A stretch of 62,850 bases of DNA, the filler included, from Rhabdomonas costata (taxonomy: Eukaryota), in assembly GCA_019059605.1 (NCBI GenBank). It is 52 parts of 52 records of this genome, joined end to end, with 100 filler letters (N's around TTAATTAATTAA, not from the genome) between each part and the next. Parts side by side here need not be neighbours in the genome. Positions count along the whole stretch, not along the records: positions 61,741 to 62,850 come from JAHMHO010028110.1; 51 more parts are not named here. One strand, 5' to 3'. The position numbers were made by a program, and so were the translations under genes. The notes below the pieces were generated by a model. That model was not told the DNA's origin and did not search any database. It saw only the letters and a list, made by a program, of their open reading frames with translations. Numbering within the stretch: the stretch's first letter is position 1; each line of letters begins with the position of its first letter. Below are positions 62,098-62,850 of the stretch, in pieces.

Positions 62098-62302
62098 CTG
62101 TTTGCGCTGGACCTGCAGCACATGGGCAGCAGCTCGGCGTACCGCGGCCCGGACTTCCGCAAGCCCCACTGCCGGCCCCGCCAGTTTTACGACGACCGTG
62201 GCGACAACATGCTGCGCCCCCGGGACTTCCCCGTGTTCACGGGGCAGTACAGCCAGCTGTGCTACCTCGACGCCACCGCCCACGCCGTCGAGGATATGCT
62301 CG
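62098..62302 (+). CDS. HMG-CoA synthase-like internal exon (atypical)
   Basis: CCCGCAG|LFALDL...YRGPDFRKP...DFPVFTGQYSQLCYLDA...|GTACGC; matches HMGS 'DF.KP...P.V.G..S..CYL.A' with a longer insertion. Confidence 0.7.
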
Positions 62303-62494
62303 GTACGCCCCCACCTGTGTTTGCTTGTCGGGTCGTTGTCGTTCGACTCCCCTCCCCCGCTCGATGGAAAAAGCATGTCTTGTTGTTGTGTGAGGATATG
62401 TGCGTGAATGTTTCTCTTCGAAAAATTGTGTGCTGGAAGCCTTTTTCCGTCGCGCTTTAGCATTGGGGCAGGGATCCCACTGATACTGTATTCA

Positions 62495-62620
62495 TTTTCC
62501 CCTGTCAGCAAAATACCCTGTAGTGGGCACTGGCAGAGTTTACCTAACCCCCGGTGCTCGAAAAATAACTTTCGCCCAAAAAAACGAAAAAATTTTGTAC
62601 GTGTAACATACACCCCCGCA
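62495..62620 (+). repeat. Dispersed repeat family A-related copy (intronic)
   Basis: TAGTGGGCACTGGCAGAGTTTACCTAACCCCCGGTGCTCGAAAAATA aligns with 5712-5741 and with the reverse complement of about 33620-33666. Confidence 0.75.
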
Positions 62621-62850
62621 AAAAATAGCTTTGTCGTTATTATGCGGCCCGGCTTCTCTGCAGGGCAGAGTTGTGGGAAACTTTACGAATAGCTAAGAGG
62701 GAAGGGAACAAAAAAACGAAGTTGCGCGACGTTTTGCATAATTTGGCGAAGTTCAAATACAAACGGGGATCCCGAAGGCCTGAGTTGCTCTCGTAATAGC
62801 TCTGGCCTGAAGCTCGAAATCGCTTTCTTGGCAGCCTTACCCCCAAAACC

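Overview
This is not one continuous locus. It is 52 unrelated short contigs (about 1,108-1,112 bp each) joined by 100-bp artificial spacers (N44-TTAATTAATTAA-N44), so adjacency between contigs means nothing and every ORF ending in 'XXX...LIN' runs into a spacer. The DNA is from an intron-rich, transposon-rich eukaryote, probably a protist; the lineage cannot be fixed from the sequence. G/T-only contig starts, A/C-only contig ends and perfect terminal fold-backs point to whole-genome-amplified, possibly single-cell, material. Recognisable gene fragments: mitochondrial ribosomal protein uL3 (3 exons), a RING-IBR (RBR) E3 ligase, RAD51C, GPR89/GPHR, TRM10, an ABC1/ADCK-like kinase, a JMJD5/KDM8-like JmjC hydroxylase, an atypical HMG-CoA synthase-like exon, and several orphan exons. 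Mobile DNA: Ty3/Gypsy gag, RT, RNase H and integrase relics, CRE-like non-LTR relics, a Penelope-like RT, a decayed tyrosine recombinase, a possible Polinton-type PolB relic, and several unclassified dispersed hairpin or inverted-repeat families. The best leads are a contig with an exact 127-bp terminal overlap (a 985-bp circle or tandem unit), the palindromic repeat families, and candidate GC/GA splice donors. I found no convincing complete novel system. All family calls come from motif recognition by eye, with no database search.
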